DNA from: the human T2T-CHM13v2.0 reference genome, Homo sapiens
Reading direction: 5' to 3' (one strand)
Assembly: GCF_009914755.1 (NCBI RefSeq)
Contig: NC_060934.1
DNA: 64,000 nucleotides
The position numbers were made by a program, and so were the translations under genes. The number at the start of each line of letters is the position of its first letter. Positions within the stretch are counted from its first letter, which is position 1. This document shows, one piece after another, positions 13,461-25,795 of this stretch. The notes beneath the pieces were generated by a model. That model was given only the letters and a program-made list of their open reading frames with translations, ran no database searches and was not told the DNA's origin.

Positions 13461-15084
13461 TCTGTCAGTCGCGCGTGACCGCGTGGGCTCAGGCGTCTGT
13501 GCGAGTTGCTGCGCGCGTGTGGGTGTGCGGCCGACGTAAGCTCGTCTGCGTCCCTCCCGTTTAGTGCCCGGGGTCGGGCCGTCTGTTACAAACCGTCCTG
13601 TTGGTGTGAGAATCCAGACCCCTTGGAAACTCTCAGCCGTGCTAAATTATGAGTCAGATCAGGGAAGCTGCTGCTTTTTCATTTAACTGCATCTTGAGCT
13701 TGAGTGTTTTTTTATTTATAAAATCAATGACTGTGTGGTTTTTAAAATTAAAAATCTTCATAAACTTATCACTGAGATGAACACAGGTGAGATCCTCAAA
13801 ATGCCTCCTCTCCGAGCGCTTTCGGAGATAAAAATAAAAGCCATGCACCTGGGGGGGTTGTCATCTTTGCGGTAGAAATTCCTCCCATGTTGCAGGTCTG
13901 GCCCTGGCTGGGCTCGGCTGCAGGGCCTTCATTCACCGCACTTAAAGGTGTGCCAGCCCCTAGGATTTCCCCTGTCGTGTCTTCCTGGGCTCCTGAAGCT
14001 GGCTGGGCAGTTTCTGTATTTCTCTCCTTAAGGCACAAAGATGCGGGTCAGCATTCCGACGGCATTCCGACGGCTTTCCGACGCTCCCAGCTTTGGCTGC
14101 AGATGCTTCCCTGTCGTTTAGTGTCTACGGGGCTTGGATTGTCCTCCTGACGTCGGGACTGGACACAAACCGTCACTTCTCGAGCCACCGCAGGTGTCCT
14201 GGAAGTCCCACCTCTGTTAACAAGTGGCGTCTTGGGTCTGGGAGGAGTTGAGTGCTGTTCCAGGTGCTGAAGGGAGGTTCTTCCCTCCCGACCTTGGCTC
14301 GGCTGCAGCTGGGAGGGGCTGAAGAAGGGCTCCCAGGACCTGCCCGTCTGCCCGTGAGGCAGATTCACCGCCTGTGGGGGTCAGCAGATCCTGAGGACTG
14401 ATGGCCCAGGCTGAGGGCTGGCGGCCCCACACCAGGCACCTCGGCCCCAGGACCTCAGAAACAGGCTGGTGGGTTGCCCCAGGCGGGCCGGCCCGAGGTC
14501 TGGATGGCGAACCCGGGCTGGTGCTGGGAACCCTCAGGCCTGCCCCACCCGGCACGCACTCCAAAAGGGCTCCGGCTCTGGTCCCATCTCGGCAGGAAGG
14601 GTGGTGCCTTTGGAGGCTGGACTTCAACAGACATGAGCTGTCGTGGGGGCAGGGCTGGAAAGCCCAGGCCTTGGTCACTGGATTTGCAGTTCCCTGCTAG
14701 AGAAAACCCCTGAGGCATTCCTTGCCTGGGAAGATCCTTGGAAGCTGCTCCTGTGTCCACAGCTCATGGCCACCCACAGGGCTGTTGTGACCAGAGCAGG
14801 TCAGGCGTGGAGAAGGCTGACCCCTCCTTTCTTCGGGGTCCTCGGGGCGGGGTGCCAGGGGCCCCCAGAGATGACAGCGGCCTGAGGCAGGTGGCGGTCG
14901 TCTGTGGATGGGGTAATGTCTTTAGGACATCCAATTACAGAGACCAGAGGAGGAGCTGTCTTTACAGAGAGAATTGAGATGACGCTGAGACCTCACTTTG
15001 AGCAGCTGAGCATGTGGGGTAGCCCTGACCAGATGGGGACATGGGCGGCTCAAGGGGCCTGGACGCTGCAGTGGAGAGGGTCCC

Positions 15085-15515
15085 AGCAGCGGGGGTGCAG
15101 GGGGTCAGGAAGGGTCTAGGTGGGGGTGCAGGGGGGTCAGCAATGGTCCAGGTGAGGGTGCAGGAGGTTGGGGAGGAGACAGGGTGGGGCTGCTGGGGGT
15201 CGGGGAGGAGACAGGGTGGGGGTCCAGGGGGTCGGGGAGGAGGCAAGGTGGGGTGCGGGGGGGTCGGGGAGGAGACAGGGTGGGGGTGCAGGGGGGTCAG
15301 GGAGGGTCCAGTTGGGGGTGCAGGGTGATTGGGGAAGAGAAAGGGTAGGGGTTCAGGGGGCTCGGGGAGGGTCCAGGTGGGGGTGCAGGGGGGGGTGGGG
15401 GAGGAGACAGGGTGGGGGTCCAGGGGGTCAGGGACAAGGCAAGGTAGGGGTGCAGGGGGGTCGGGGGAGGAGACAGGGTGGGGGTGCAGGGGGAGTCAGG
15501 GAGGATCCAGGTGGG
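15085..15515 (+). repeat. G-rich imperfect tandem repeat (G-quadruplex-prone)
   Basis: Recurring GGGGAGGAGACAGGGTGGGGGTGCAGGGGGG and AGGGTCCAGGTGGGGGTGCAGG with dense G-runs. Confidence 0.85.
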
Positions 15516-17106
15516 AGTGGAGGGGCTGGTCAAGGGGCCCTAGGCTGTCCTCAGCATGACTGCACTCTGCAGTCTATGGGAGCCCAGCTTTCCTGCCCAG
15601 CAGTGGCTGCAGGTGTTGGCCGTGGGGCCTGTGTCCCAGCATGGCTGGCCAGGGTGTCCCTGAGGGAGGGTTGGCCTGTCCAAGGCTGGCTACTTGGGCA
15701 GGTCCCGGGGGTCTTGGACCTCGGCTTCCTCGTTTGTGGCATGATCATCTAAGCTTGAGAGCAGGGCCCAGCTGGAGGAAGGGGCGGCTCTGGGTGGGTG
15801 GTGGGGAGAGGCCTGGCAGGCGTCACTGAGCTCTCTCCAGGAGCCCCTGCTCAAAGGGTGTGGACGCTGCAGCTCTGCAGGTGCCAAGAGCTCCTTTCCC
15901 CGGATGCCTGACTCCACAGAGCAGTTATAAGTACCAAGCTCAGTGTGAGGTCAATGGGGTCCCATTTCCAAACCCACTCAGTGGGTTCTCCCAGCAAGAT
16001 GTGGCCTCAGCACATTCCCAGGAAACACAGGGAGTATTTCCTGGCCCCTCCCCTGAGGGTCAGGGACAGGGATGGGACCTTCCCCTGAGGATGGGGACAG
16101 GTCACAAGCCCTTTGCCGTTTTCTGGGAGGCCTCCAGGGCACCAGACCAGCAGGGTGGGTGTGGCCGATGCTGGTGCTGGGGGGTCCTGAGCACTGGCTG
16201 AGGCCAGCAGGTGCAGCGGGCACCCGTTCCTCTCTGTGGAAGCTGGTCTTGCCTGTGGGCCCGGGTGGCGGAGGCTGGGCTGGTGACGCTCTTGCTGTGA
16301 GAAGGGAGGCACGTCACAGTCCACAGGGACTTCACTGGCACTCATGGCTTCCAGAGTCTTCTCTCCTTGAGTTTTGAACATTCCCAAAGTGTTTTATTCA
16401 CAAAGGTGTTTCTGATGCGTGTAGTTGAACTCTTGGGGCCAGGGGCTATCCTGCCTGAAGATCTTGATTTGAGAATTCTGTGGTCTCGCTGTCCTTTGGG
16501 AACTGAAGCTGATGGGTCCACGCATCTTCATTTCACTCTTCTGCGTGGCCTGCTGCAGGCGGCACGTCTGGCTCAGCACACGTGATCTGATTCTGCGAAA
16601 ATTACCCGAGAATGTCAGGATACGACAAACACTGGTGAGAGCCGTAGCTGGAATGAATGTCAGGGTGTGACAGATGCTGGTGAGAGCCGTAGCTGGAATG
16701 AGGAGCTTTAAAGTGCTATCAAGTATAAGTTCTTATAAACAACTGACATGGCAATTTATACCCGATAGTGGCTCACACAGATTGTCATTGCCAATTCTGG
16801 AAAAGAGGTTTACACGTCAGTGGTCTCTATGGTCTTCCTCATGGACTTTGAGGAGACATCCGTTCGTAAAGTCTCGAGATCATGGGAGGAGAAGGTTAGT
16901 GGTGCTCAGACTCCAGCATGTGTGAGAATCTCAGCTGGTGAGAACACCCGTCCCAAGGATGTGTCTGGGGCCGTCATGAGGGGCAGCAGGAGTCGGCCCC
17001 CTCCGAGAGACCGGAAATATGTTGGTACCATCCAGGCCCCCGGCAGGAAGGACCAGGCATCTCAGGGAGAAGCGGCCCTTGGAGTCCTCTTGGAATAGCA
17101 CCTCTT

Positions 17107-17273
<167 letters not shown>

Positions 17274-17959
17274 AAGACAGCACCTCTTAAACTCCGGCCT
17301 GGAGAGGCAGTGGCCCTGGGCACCTCCCCGCTGCACACAAGCCCCATCCACTCATGTGCTTGGCTTTGTCCTCAATGCTGAATCATCTCCAGCGGAAGTC
17401 CCTGGCCCAGACTCCGTTCCACAGCATCATTCAAACTTAACAAGCCAGAGAGGGTTTAAAAAAATGTATGGTTAGAGGATGCTATATCCATCGCCGGCAA
17501 TCCACATCAGCGTTAAAGGCCATTCTTCATCAAGATATATTTTAACTATGCAGCCAAATTATACTCAATAAACAAAATGCACATTTAACTGGAACCAGAT
17601 GAAAACGGAACGCGGGAACAGATTTGGAAACAGAATGAATGCCAGGCATGTGGAGTTTAAAAAGAAACAAGTGACATAATTACCACTCACGGAGCCAGAT
17701 GGCAGTGCCCGGGTTTTGAATCTGCTGGTTATCACCAGGATTCTGTGGAGAGAAAGCTCGTGTGGTCACAGGAAGCGAATCCGCCTCCGAACCCTCTGAG
17801 AGCTGCCTTGGCTTTCGGCACCATTGCGCCGGGGGTGCCACATGAGGGGGTGGCTGTCTTCTGCCGGATTCTGTGCGTCATGAGCGCCGAATGTGGGGAG
17901 CAGGGTACAGGATTCCTGCTGCACGAGGGGCACCACCAGCAGCTGGGTGCCTGAGGCCA

Positions 17960-18373
17960 AGGCTGACTTTACAGGGAGGGGCTGAGGCCCGGGGGTGCTG
18001 ACCTTACGGGCAGAGACCTTAGGCCTGGGGGTGCTGACCTTACAGGGAGGGGCCTGAGGCCTGGGGGTAGCTGACCTTACAGGGAGGGGCCTGAGGCCTG
18101 GGGGTAGCTGACCTTACAGGGAGGGGCCTGAGGCCTGGGGGTAGCTGACCTTACAGGGAGGGGCCTGAGGCCTGGGGGTAGCTGACCTTACAGGGAGGGG
18201 CCTGAGGCCCGGTGGGGGGGGGGTGCTGACCTTACAGGGAGGGGCCTGAGGCCTGGGGGTAGCTGACCTTACAGGGAGGGGCCTGAGGCCTGGTGGGGGG
18301 GGTGCTGACCTTACTGGGAGGGGCCCGAGGCCCGGTGGGGGGGGTGCTGACCTTACTGGGAGGGGCCTGAGGC
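17960..18373. repeat. G-rich minisatellite, ~37-bp unit, ~11 copies
   Basis: GCTGACCTTACAGGGAGGGGCCTGAGGCCTGGGGGTA; starts at 18070 and 18107 give a 37-bp period; G-run length varies between units. Confidence 0.94.
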
Positions 18374-18599
18374 CAGTTTGTTGGGGAGCTGCTGTTCCCC
18401 TCTCTGTGCCCTGGTGTGGAGCTGGTGGCGGGAGAATGGGAATTCTTATCTTGGGAAGAAAGACAGTGTGTGGGGCAACAGTGGGTGCCGGGTGCTTTGA
18501 AGATCTGGTTCATAGCAAATATTCGTTCGTTTAATCCACCACACCGAGGCACACTTTCCAGAAATGAAATGCACACGTTTGAGGGGCGGTTGATGTGTT

Positions 18600-19845
18600 T
18601 TGGTGGGTGCCCTCACCACTCTCACCCCACAATCGGGATACAACTATTTTCTTCACACCAAAAGTTTTCTCAGGCCCCTGGGTGCTAAGCCTGTGCGCTG
18701 TCAGCCCCCCGCAGCCCTGGGTCTATTCCACCAGGCAGGTGGGCCTTGTCTTGTGTAGGACTTTGTGGACGTGGCCCACACATGGGATCTGGGCTGTGGC
18801 TCCTCCACTCGGCTCTCGGGAGCCACCGTGGTGCTCGGTGTGTGTCGTGGGGTGGATCTGTTCCTTCGAAGCGCCGTGCCCTCTGCACAGACGTGCCACC
18901 ACGAGGGTGCGTTCTCCTGCTGAGGGACATGCGAGCTACATTGCATCTTCACCACGACCTGTAAGCTGCTACCCATATTTTTGCATAAGTGCAGGTAGGA
19001 ACACATTCTTATTTTTCTTGGAGAAGCAACGGGAAGTGGGATGGGTGGGTTGTAGGTGACACACGCCGTCTAACTGCCCAGGAAGCTGCCAAGTTGTTCT
19101 CCAAGCAACTGCTCCACTTGACATTCCCGCCAGCAGAGCACGCGTGTTCCGGTACCTCCCGCCCTCAGCAGCCCTAGCCCGGTCGGCGTTTGTGTTTTTA
19201 ATTTTGGCCATTCCATTAGGTGCACCGCGATTTAATGTGCGTTTCCACGTGGATTAACGGTGTGAACTGTCTCTTCGCGTACTTGCTGGTTGTTTGCGTG
19301 TGTTCTTTGCTGAATGAAGTGTCTGCTGGAACCGGGGGTGTGTATTTGTATCAGGTTGTTCGTTGTCTTATTTCTGGGCGACGAGTTCCTCGTCTATTCT
19401 AGATACAAGTCCCTTCCCAGATCCGGGCATCGCAGACAGTTTCACCTGCTCAGGTGCTTGCCTGTTCATTCTCTTAACCGCACCTTTCGAAGGGCAAACA
19501 TTTTTAACTGCGATAAAGGCTGATTGACCAATATTTTCTTTTATTGTAAATAACTTTCTCATTCTTGATATTGTTATTTTGTGTTCCCTCCTTTTCTTCT
19601 GCTCATTGCAGCTGGAGATTTATCCGTTGTATTGATATTCTCAAAGAGCCAGATTTCGGCTTCATCCGTTTTCTCTGTTGTTTTTCTGTTTTCTGTGTCA
19701 CTGATTTTTGCTCTGATCTCTGTTATTCACTTTCTTTCTGCTTGCTCTGGATTTAATTTGCTCTTTTTTCCCCACTTTCCTACAGTGAGAGCTGAGCTCA
19801 TTGATGGGAGGCACCTTCCTTTGCTAAACAGGCATTTTCCACCAC
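18600..19845 (-). mobile_element. Degenerate L1M fragments (ORF2 3' region and others)
   Basis: CATTCCCGCCAGCAG...TTTTTAATTTTGGCCATTC...TATTCTAGATACAAGTCC...GCTGGAGATTTATC. Confidence 0.7.
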
Positions 19846-19876
19846 GTACATCCTGCCCTTCTCGCCCTCCTCTCCC

Positions 19877-20130
19877 AAGACCCTGAGTGTGAGACGGGTC
19901 CCGCCAGCCCGAGACCCTGAGTGTGAGACGGGTCCCGCCAGCCCCGAGACCCCTGAGTGTGAGACGGGTCCCGCCAGCCCCGAGACCCTGAGTGTGAGAC
20001 GGGTCCCGCCAGCCCCGAGACCCTGAGTGTGAGACGGGTCCCGCCAGCCCCGAGACCCTGAGTGTGTGACGGCTCCCGCCAGTCCCGAGACCCCACGTGC
20101 ATGTGGCCACATGTGTGACAGGTCCCGCCA
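19877..20130. repeat. Minisatellite, ~35-bp unit, ~6-7 copies
   Basis: GAGACCCTGAGTGTGAGACGGGTCCCGCCAGCCCC repeated. Confidence 0.93.
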
Positions 20131-22879
20131 GTCCCTCGGGCTCCATCCCTCGTTCGAAGAGGACATGGGGTGCTTTGCCTCAGTGGATGGAGGAGACCCA
20201 CACCCGTGTGTTTCCCGGGCAGATGGAGCGCTCAGCACTGGGCACTGTGCCCAGTGGTTTCACTGTCGGATAAACATGTTTCCAAAAGCATCTTTACCCC
20301 GTTACATCCAATTCCCCATGATTTGTGTAAGAACTTTTTACATTACTTTTTAATGCTAATGAAGCCCTTAACAATCAGATGGGGTGTCAAAGGAGGGGGC
20401 TCCATTCCCATGAGGCCTGAGGCCCACACCAGGCTCCCTGTCATGGAAGCTACACACCCCCGGCTGGCACCCCCGTCACAGTTGCTGGGGCCCTCCTGCC
20501 CCTAGATTCCTGGCGCCCACCTCCCTGGGGGTGCTCTTGGCTCTGCAGCCTCCCCACCCATGCTCTCGGCGGCCTCCCTCACTCTCACCTCTTGTTTCTG
20601 TTTCATGCTGCAGTGACAGTGAAGGGAACCGTCCAGGCTGCTCCCCGTGGGCCTCCGCTGGAGCAGGCCTGGCAGCAAGTTGGTGCCCCCTCAGCCTCTG
20701 ATGAATGAGGGGGGTGAGGCCTGGGCCTCAGGGCAGCTCCTCCAGCCCTTGAACTTGCTGTGGCCCCAGGACTGACCAGGCTGGACAGCCAGCCACACTG
20801 ACCAGTGCCACGAGGGACCGTAATCGCCAAGGAAACCTTCCTGCATGGGGCATTTCCACTCTGACCCAGGCCCAAATACAGATCCAAAGAAAGAATATGC
20901 AGGAAATGTGTGTGTGCTGGGGGGACTCATATTCTCTGCTCGAAAGTGGAATGATTTATGATTAAAGGAAACACAGGCGCCAATGGCCCCCCAGTGCCTG
21001 GAGCCCCTCGCGTCCGACCTGGGTGGAGTCCACCCGGGGCCAGCAGACCTTGTCTCTTTAATCACGGCAGGTTGTGTGGTCTGCACCTGGGCACCTGTTT
21101 CCTCAGTGAGCGTCTGAGCGAGAAGCCAGGCAAGGTCACAGGCAGTCAGCAGAGCAGCTGAGTCCTAGCAGGCCTCCCACCCTGTGGCTGCTGGGCCCTG
21201 CTCACAGTAGGAGATGGGGAGGGATTCATGTCAGTTGACAAAGAGACAGAGGTAGGGGGTCTGGGGGTCACCCAATCAAAGACCACTTTTCCCTGGTACC
21301 TAAATTCCATCCCCCAAGCAATGGAGGCCACTGGACATTCCTGCAAAAGGGGCAGCCACGGTGGCCTTGTCCCAGCGTCCTTCACTCAGGCTGTAGTTTA
21401 GGTGTCCTGCCTGTGAGCCTCGAGGACAGAGGGAGCCTCGAGGACAGAGGGTGGACGGCGCCCTGACTGTCCCAGGTTCCAGACTCAGCCTGGGCTGTGG
21501 TGTCAGTCGGTCCCCAGGGCTCAGGCTGGCGGGAGGCAGAGGAGTCAGCAGCGGGGGCGGGGGGAGGGGGCGGGGTGCAGAGGAGGAGGTGGTGGGTGCA
21601 GGGGTGCTGGTGGGATGCAGAGGGGCTGCTGGCAGAAGCTGGGAGCAGCTCACTGGACTCCTCAGCCCGGGAGCCAAGTGCGAGCGCTGCCAAGTGTGCA
21701 ATCCTGGGTCCCTGGGCCGGGGCATGGACATTGCTCACCAGGCAGCCTTCCCATGACCCCTGGCATCCAGGGTCCCCAGGGCTGCCACCCCCTCAGCCCC
21801 GAGTCTGGGGTTTCATGCTGGCTCCTCTGTCCTCCCGGAGCAGGGTCTGGCTCTGTGGGGTCTCTCTGTGTTCGCATCCTCGCGGGTCCTCCCACCTCCG
21901 CAGCCGTGGTGCGCTTCCCGTCCTTGAGGCTGGACAGGCCAGCACCCACCTCGCCCGCACATCCCCGGCCATCCCTGGCCACCCCCACTGAGGGGAAGAG
22001 TGAGGGTCCTGGGTGTGACTTTCCCCAGGCCCTGCCAATGGGGACCAAGACAGTGAACTCAGGGGGCCTCGGCATCACCAACTGTGTGGCTGGGAAGGAG
22101 GGCCCCACGGACTGGGGGCCTGAAGGGGAAGCTCAGGGCACCTGTAGGCGGCAGCGAGAGCCCCTCCTCGCCCCGTGAGGACCCCGAACGCAGCCTCGTG
22201 CTGTGATGACCCTGAGCCCGTCCCAGCACCAGCCCCGCCCCCGGCGGACTCCAGGCATACCTGGGCGGAGACTCTCAGGGCGAGGCCATCCGTGGCTGAT
22301 GGATCTGGGCGAGCGGCCTCTGTTCCAGCGTGGATCCAGCTGCATTTGTGAAGATGTACTTTTCTCTGAAATAGAAGGAACTGAGACGTAAGGCTCTGGG
22401 TGTGTTTTGCCGGTGGAAGTCAGCTGTGTCTGAGGGAGTCAGCTGTGTCTGAGGGTCCCCCATGGCCGTGGCCTCACAGGGCCTCCCCATCCCTCCCTCC
22501 TGAAGCCGTGGGGTCACAGGTCATGGCCAGGCCAGGCCATCTCCCACCCTGCGGCAGCTCCTGCTACGTTCCCCAGAGTGGGGGACGGTGCCTGCTATGG
22601 GAGGCAGTACCGCAGTAGGGCCCACGGAGGTAGCAGGTCTGATGTTGCCTGGCCCCTGAGGGTGCTGTGTGGCATGGCTGGGCCTCCGTGATGTTGCCTG
22701 GCCCCTGAGGGTGCTGTGTGGTGTGGCTGGGCCTCCCTGGTCCTGCTCTTGGTGGGGCGCCAGCTCAGGGATACGGTGGTGGCCGTGAGGGAGCCACGCT
22801 GGGAGGTCCACGTCCTTTTGAAAGAGAAACTGCATGAGAGTCGGGAATTCCCCATTGGTGCCACCTGTGGGCATCTGTC

Positions 22880-23950
22880 TTCTGCGGAGTGTGCGTGAGG
22901 CGGCATCGCACACTGCGGCATCTGTCTTCGGAGTGTGTGTGAGTGTGTGTGAGTATGTGTGAGGCAGCGTCGCACACTGTGTGGACTTTTAACTGCCCGT
23001 CGGGATGCTTTGCAGGTGAGTCCCGATAAGCGGAAACCGCAACGCTCCTTCAGCACCAGTGCAGGTTCACGGTTTCATGGGGGGAACGTCAATTCAGTAA
23101 GACGAGTGACGAGGCGCGTCTCAGCGGAACCCCACCCACTGCCGTCACCATCGCTGACCACTCCATTGGTTGATGTGGTGAGTGAGTTAGGATTCCACCT
23201 GGCAGTGACCTTCCACCTTCCAGGGGATGTCTCAAGCCCGCTTCGTTGCCCCGGCCTCAGCCCCCCAGGCCGCGGCCATGGCAGGGTTGGCTCCGCCATC
23301 TGGGTCCCAGGGAGGACCTGGGGGCACAGCCCAAGAAGCCCACAGTGACATGAAACCTTCGTGGTCTCAATCCCCTGAGATGTGGGGCGTTTGCTCACCA
23401 TGGTGTTGCCGAGCCCCCACTCACAGGTAAAGCTCATGAAAAGCATCCGTGACTTCACTTCACGTCTCAGACCCAGAGCGCACTGGCGGGAGTGACGGCT
23501 GTCTCTCGAGCGGAACTGTGGACTCTTAGATCCTCACAGGGCCGCCTTGGTGGGTCTCCGCTCTCTGCACCTCTTTCCTCATTGGTGAAATTGGGGTGAT
23601 AACAGCACCCGGGTTAGGAGGAGGATCAAGTAGGTCGACCGGGAGGCAGTTGGAGCAAAGCCTCTGGAGACGGTTGCTGCCTGCGGGCTGCTGCTTTCGG
23701 TTTGAGAACGGCTCCTGCTCGCAGCGGGGAAGGCCGACGGGTGGGAAGGGCGGGAGGGAGAGAGGAGATGAGGATGCGCCCTGAGGAGGCAGCGTTTCCG
23801 CGTCTCATTAAGTCCTGACACCTTGTCATTAGCGGGGCAAACCCACCAGAGCTCCTGTTCCAGCTGCGTGGTGCCTCCCGTAGCTCCAGATTACGAGCTC
23901 GCTGCCTCAGGGAAGCCGAGTGGCTCCTTAAGGCCCAGCGTGTGGTTTCC
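22880..23950. promoter_or_regulatory. CpG-rich unique region, possible regulatory element or lncRNA 5' region
   Basis: Elevated CpG density, no recognisable repeat, several GTGAGT donor-like motifs on both strands. Confidence 0.3.
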
Positions 23951-24476
23951 TTGCACTTGGGGGGGCTGAAGCTGCATCCTTCCAGGGAGAGCGTTGGTGT
24001 CGGATGCTAATGAAGTAAAAGTGACAAGCTTTAAAAAAGGTCACATTCCGGTGGGACCAACCGAGGGATGTTTTTTCCCAGCAGTGCCCTGAGCTGACAG
24101 GGCCAGATTTGTGCTTCGTACTGGAAATGCCGCCTGTGCGGCCTGGCGTCCCAGCAGTGGCCTCCTCCTGAGCTCGGGGACAGAGACCTCTGCCTCTGAA
24201 GGCCCAGGCCTCACAGCCTGCAGATGCTGCTGCCCGGAAGGGACCCAGCGTGGGGTAGCTCAGCAGGGGCAGGGCTCGGCACTGGGAGAGGTACTGGCCA
24301 CTGCGGCAGGGACCTGGGTGCGGGATCCCGGATGCCAGGGTGTCCTCTGGATGGGCCCATTTTCGGTACCATGAGCTGTTTTTATAAGTTTGTGTATGGA
24401 AGGCTTGTCCAAATTCCTGATTTTCCCCAGGAATAAGAAGAAATCCCTGAGGCCCAGGAGAAGGTAAATCCCAGCG

Positions 24477-24662
24477 AGCTCAGCCGTGCGTCCTCTGGGA
24501 CGGCTGCATTGCCCTCACACCTGACCTCCACGTGGGGCAAGCTCAGCCGTGCGTCCTCTGGAATGGCTGCGTTCCCCTCACACCTGACCTCCATGTGGGG
24601 CAAGCTCAGCCGTGCGTCCTCTGGGACGGCTGCATTCCCCTCACACCTGACCTCCATGTGGG
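24477..24662. repeat. Tandem repeat, 63-bp unit, 3 copies
   Basis: AGCTCAGCCGTGCGTCCTCTGG...CACACCTGACCTCCA(C/T)GTGGGGCA; 21-aa ORF periodicity. Confidence 0.92.
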
Positions 24663-24868
24663 CTTTCATAGCTGGTTCACGGCTTTCTACGGCTTTTCCA
24701 AATGTTCCAGCCTTTTCTGCCATGTCTGTGCAAGAAATCAGCCTATACTGAAGTCATTGCTGTTAAGAGAATAAAATAAATACAAAAGACAGTTTTCTAA
24801 AACCCCGTGATTCAAAAGTCACTGGTTCTGGCTTTCCAGTGGGTCATGGCTGGCAGAGGGAGCAACTG

Positions 24869-25060
24869 CCTTCCAGATGCCAGCTCCTAGCAATGGCCAT
24901 TCACCAGCACAGGGACCTTCCAGATGCCAGCTCCCAGCAATGGCCATTCACCAGCACTGGGACCTTCCAGACATAGGCTCCCAGCAATGGCCATTCACCA
25001 GCACTGGGACCTTCCAGACATCGGCTCCCAGCAATGGCCATTCACCAGCACAGGGACCTG
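24869..25060. repeat. Tandem repeat, 47-bp unit, 4 copies
   Basis: CCTTCCAGA..GCTCCCAGCAATGGCCATTCACCAGCAC(A/T)GGGA; starts at 24869 and 24916. Confidence 0.92.
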
Positions 25061-25704
25061 GACGTTCAGAACCCTGTGTGTTCGTTGTTGCTAAAATGCT
25101 GCATGGATGCATCCCGGCCAGCTGCACTGTTTTCCTCACTCCCTGCTGATGTGTGGGGACCCCGGGGCTGGACAGGAGCGGCCGACACCAGGCGGCAGGG
25201 GCACAGTGGGCAGCAGAGACCTCGGCTTCCGTCCTTCAGAGGAATGAGAGACGCTGCCCCGAGGCCCAGGCAGTGTCTGGGGCTGCTGTCCCTCACCTCT
25301 GACCCCTGGAGGGCCTGGGTTTTCCTGTCCACCACCTGGGGTGTGTCCAGGGGCCTGTGCATTCTGCCATTCTGGGCGAGTCACATCTCCAGAGCACGCT
25401 CTGCCCAAGCCGGTCACCTGCCTTCACAATCAGGAACTCACCAGCCAGACTGATGCCCTCTGGCAACCTAGGGCCCCATGCCGTGGGCTCCATCCTCTGT
25501 GCCCCCACAAGCTGGCGCCACGGCCCTCTCCCTGATTCTTTCCACGACCCCTCTGATTTTTTCAACGCCGACCTCCCCTAGGTGGGGACCTCCTGCCCCG
25601 TGTCAAAGCGATGCTTCCTGGGAGTCTCCAGGTCGGCTGCACAGCCCCGCAGCATGCCTGATGCTGGTGCGCCTGGGTGGCCTTTGACCAAAGCCCACGA
25701 AGAC

Positions 25705-25795
25705 CCACCCACGGAGACCCACCCTGACCCCACGGAGACCCTTCCTGACCCCACGGAGACCCACCCTGACCCCATGGTGACCCGCCCTGACCCTC
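25705..25795. repeat. Tandem repeat, 21-bp unit, ~4 copies
   Basis: CCCACGGAGACCCACCCTGAC repeated. Confidence 0.85.

Noticed and set aside
16821-16884. Possible small exon (CAG|...AAG|GTTAGT)
   Set aside because: Poor polypyrimidine tract, and no partner exons or recognisable peptide.
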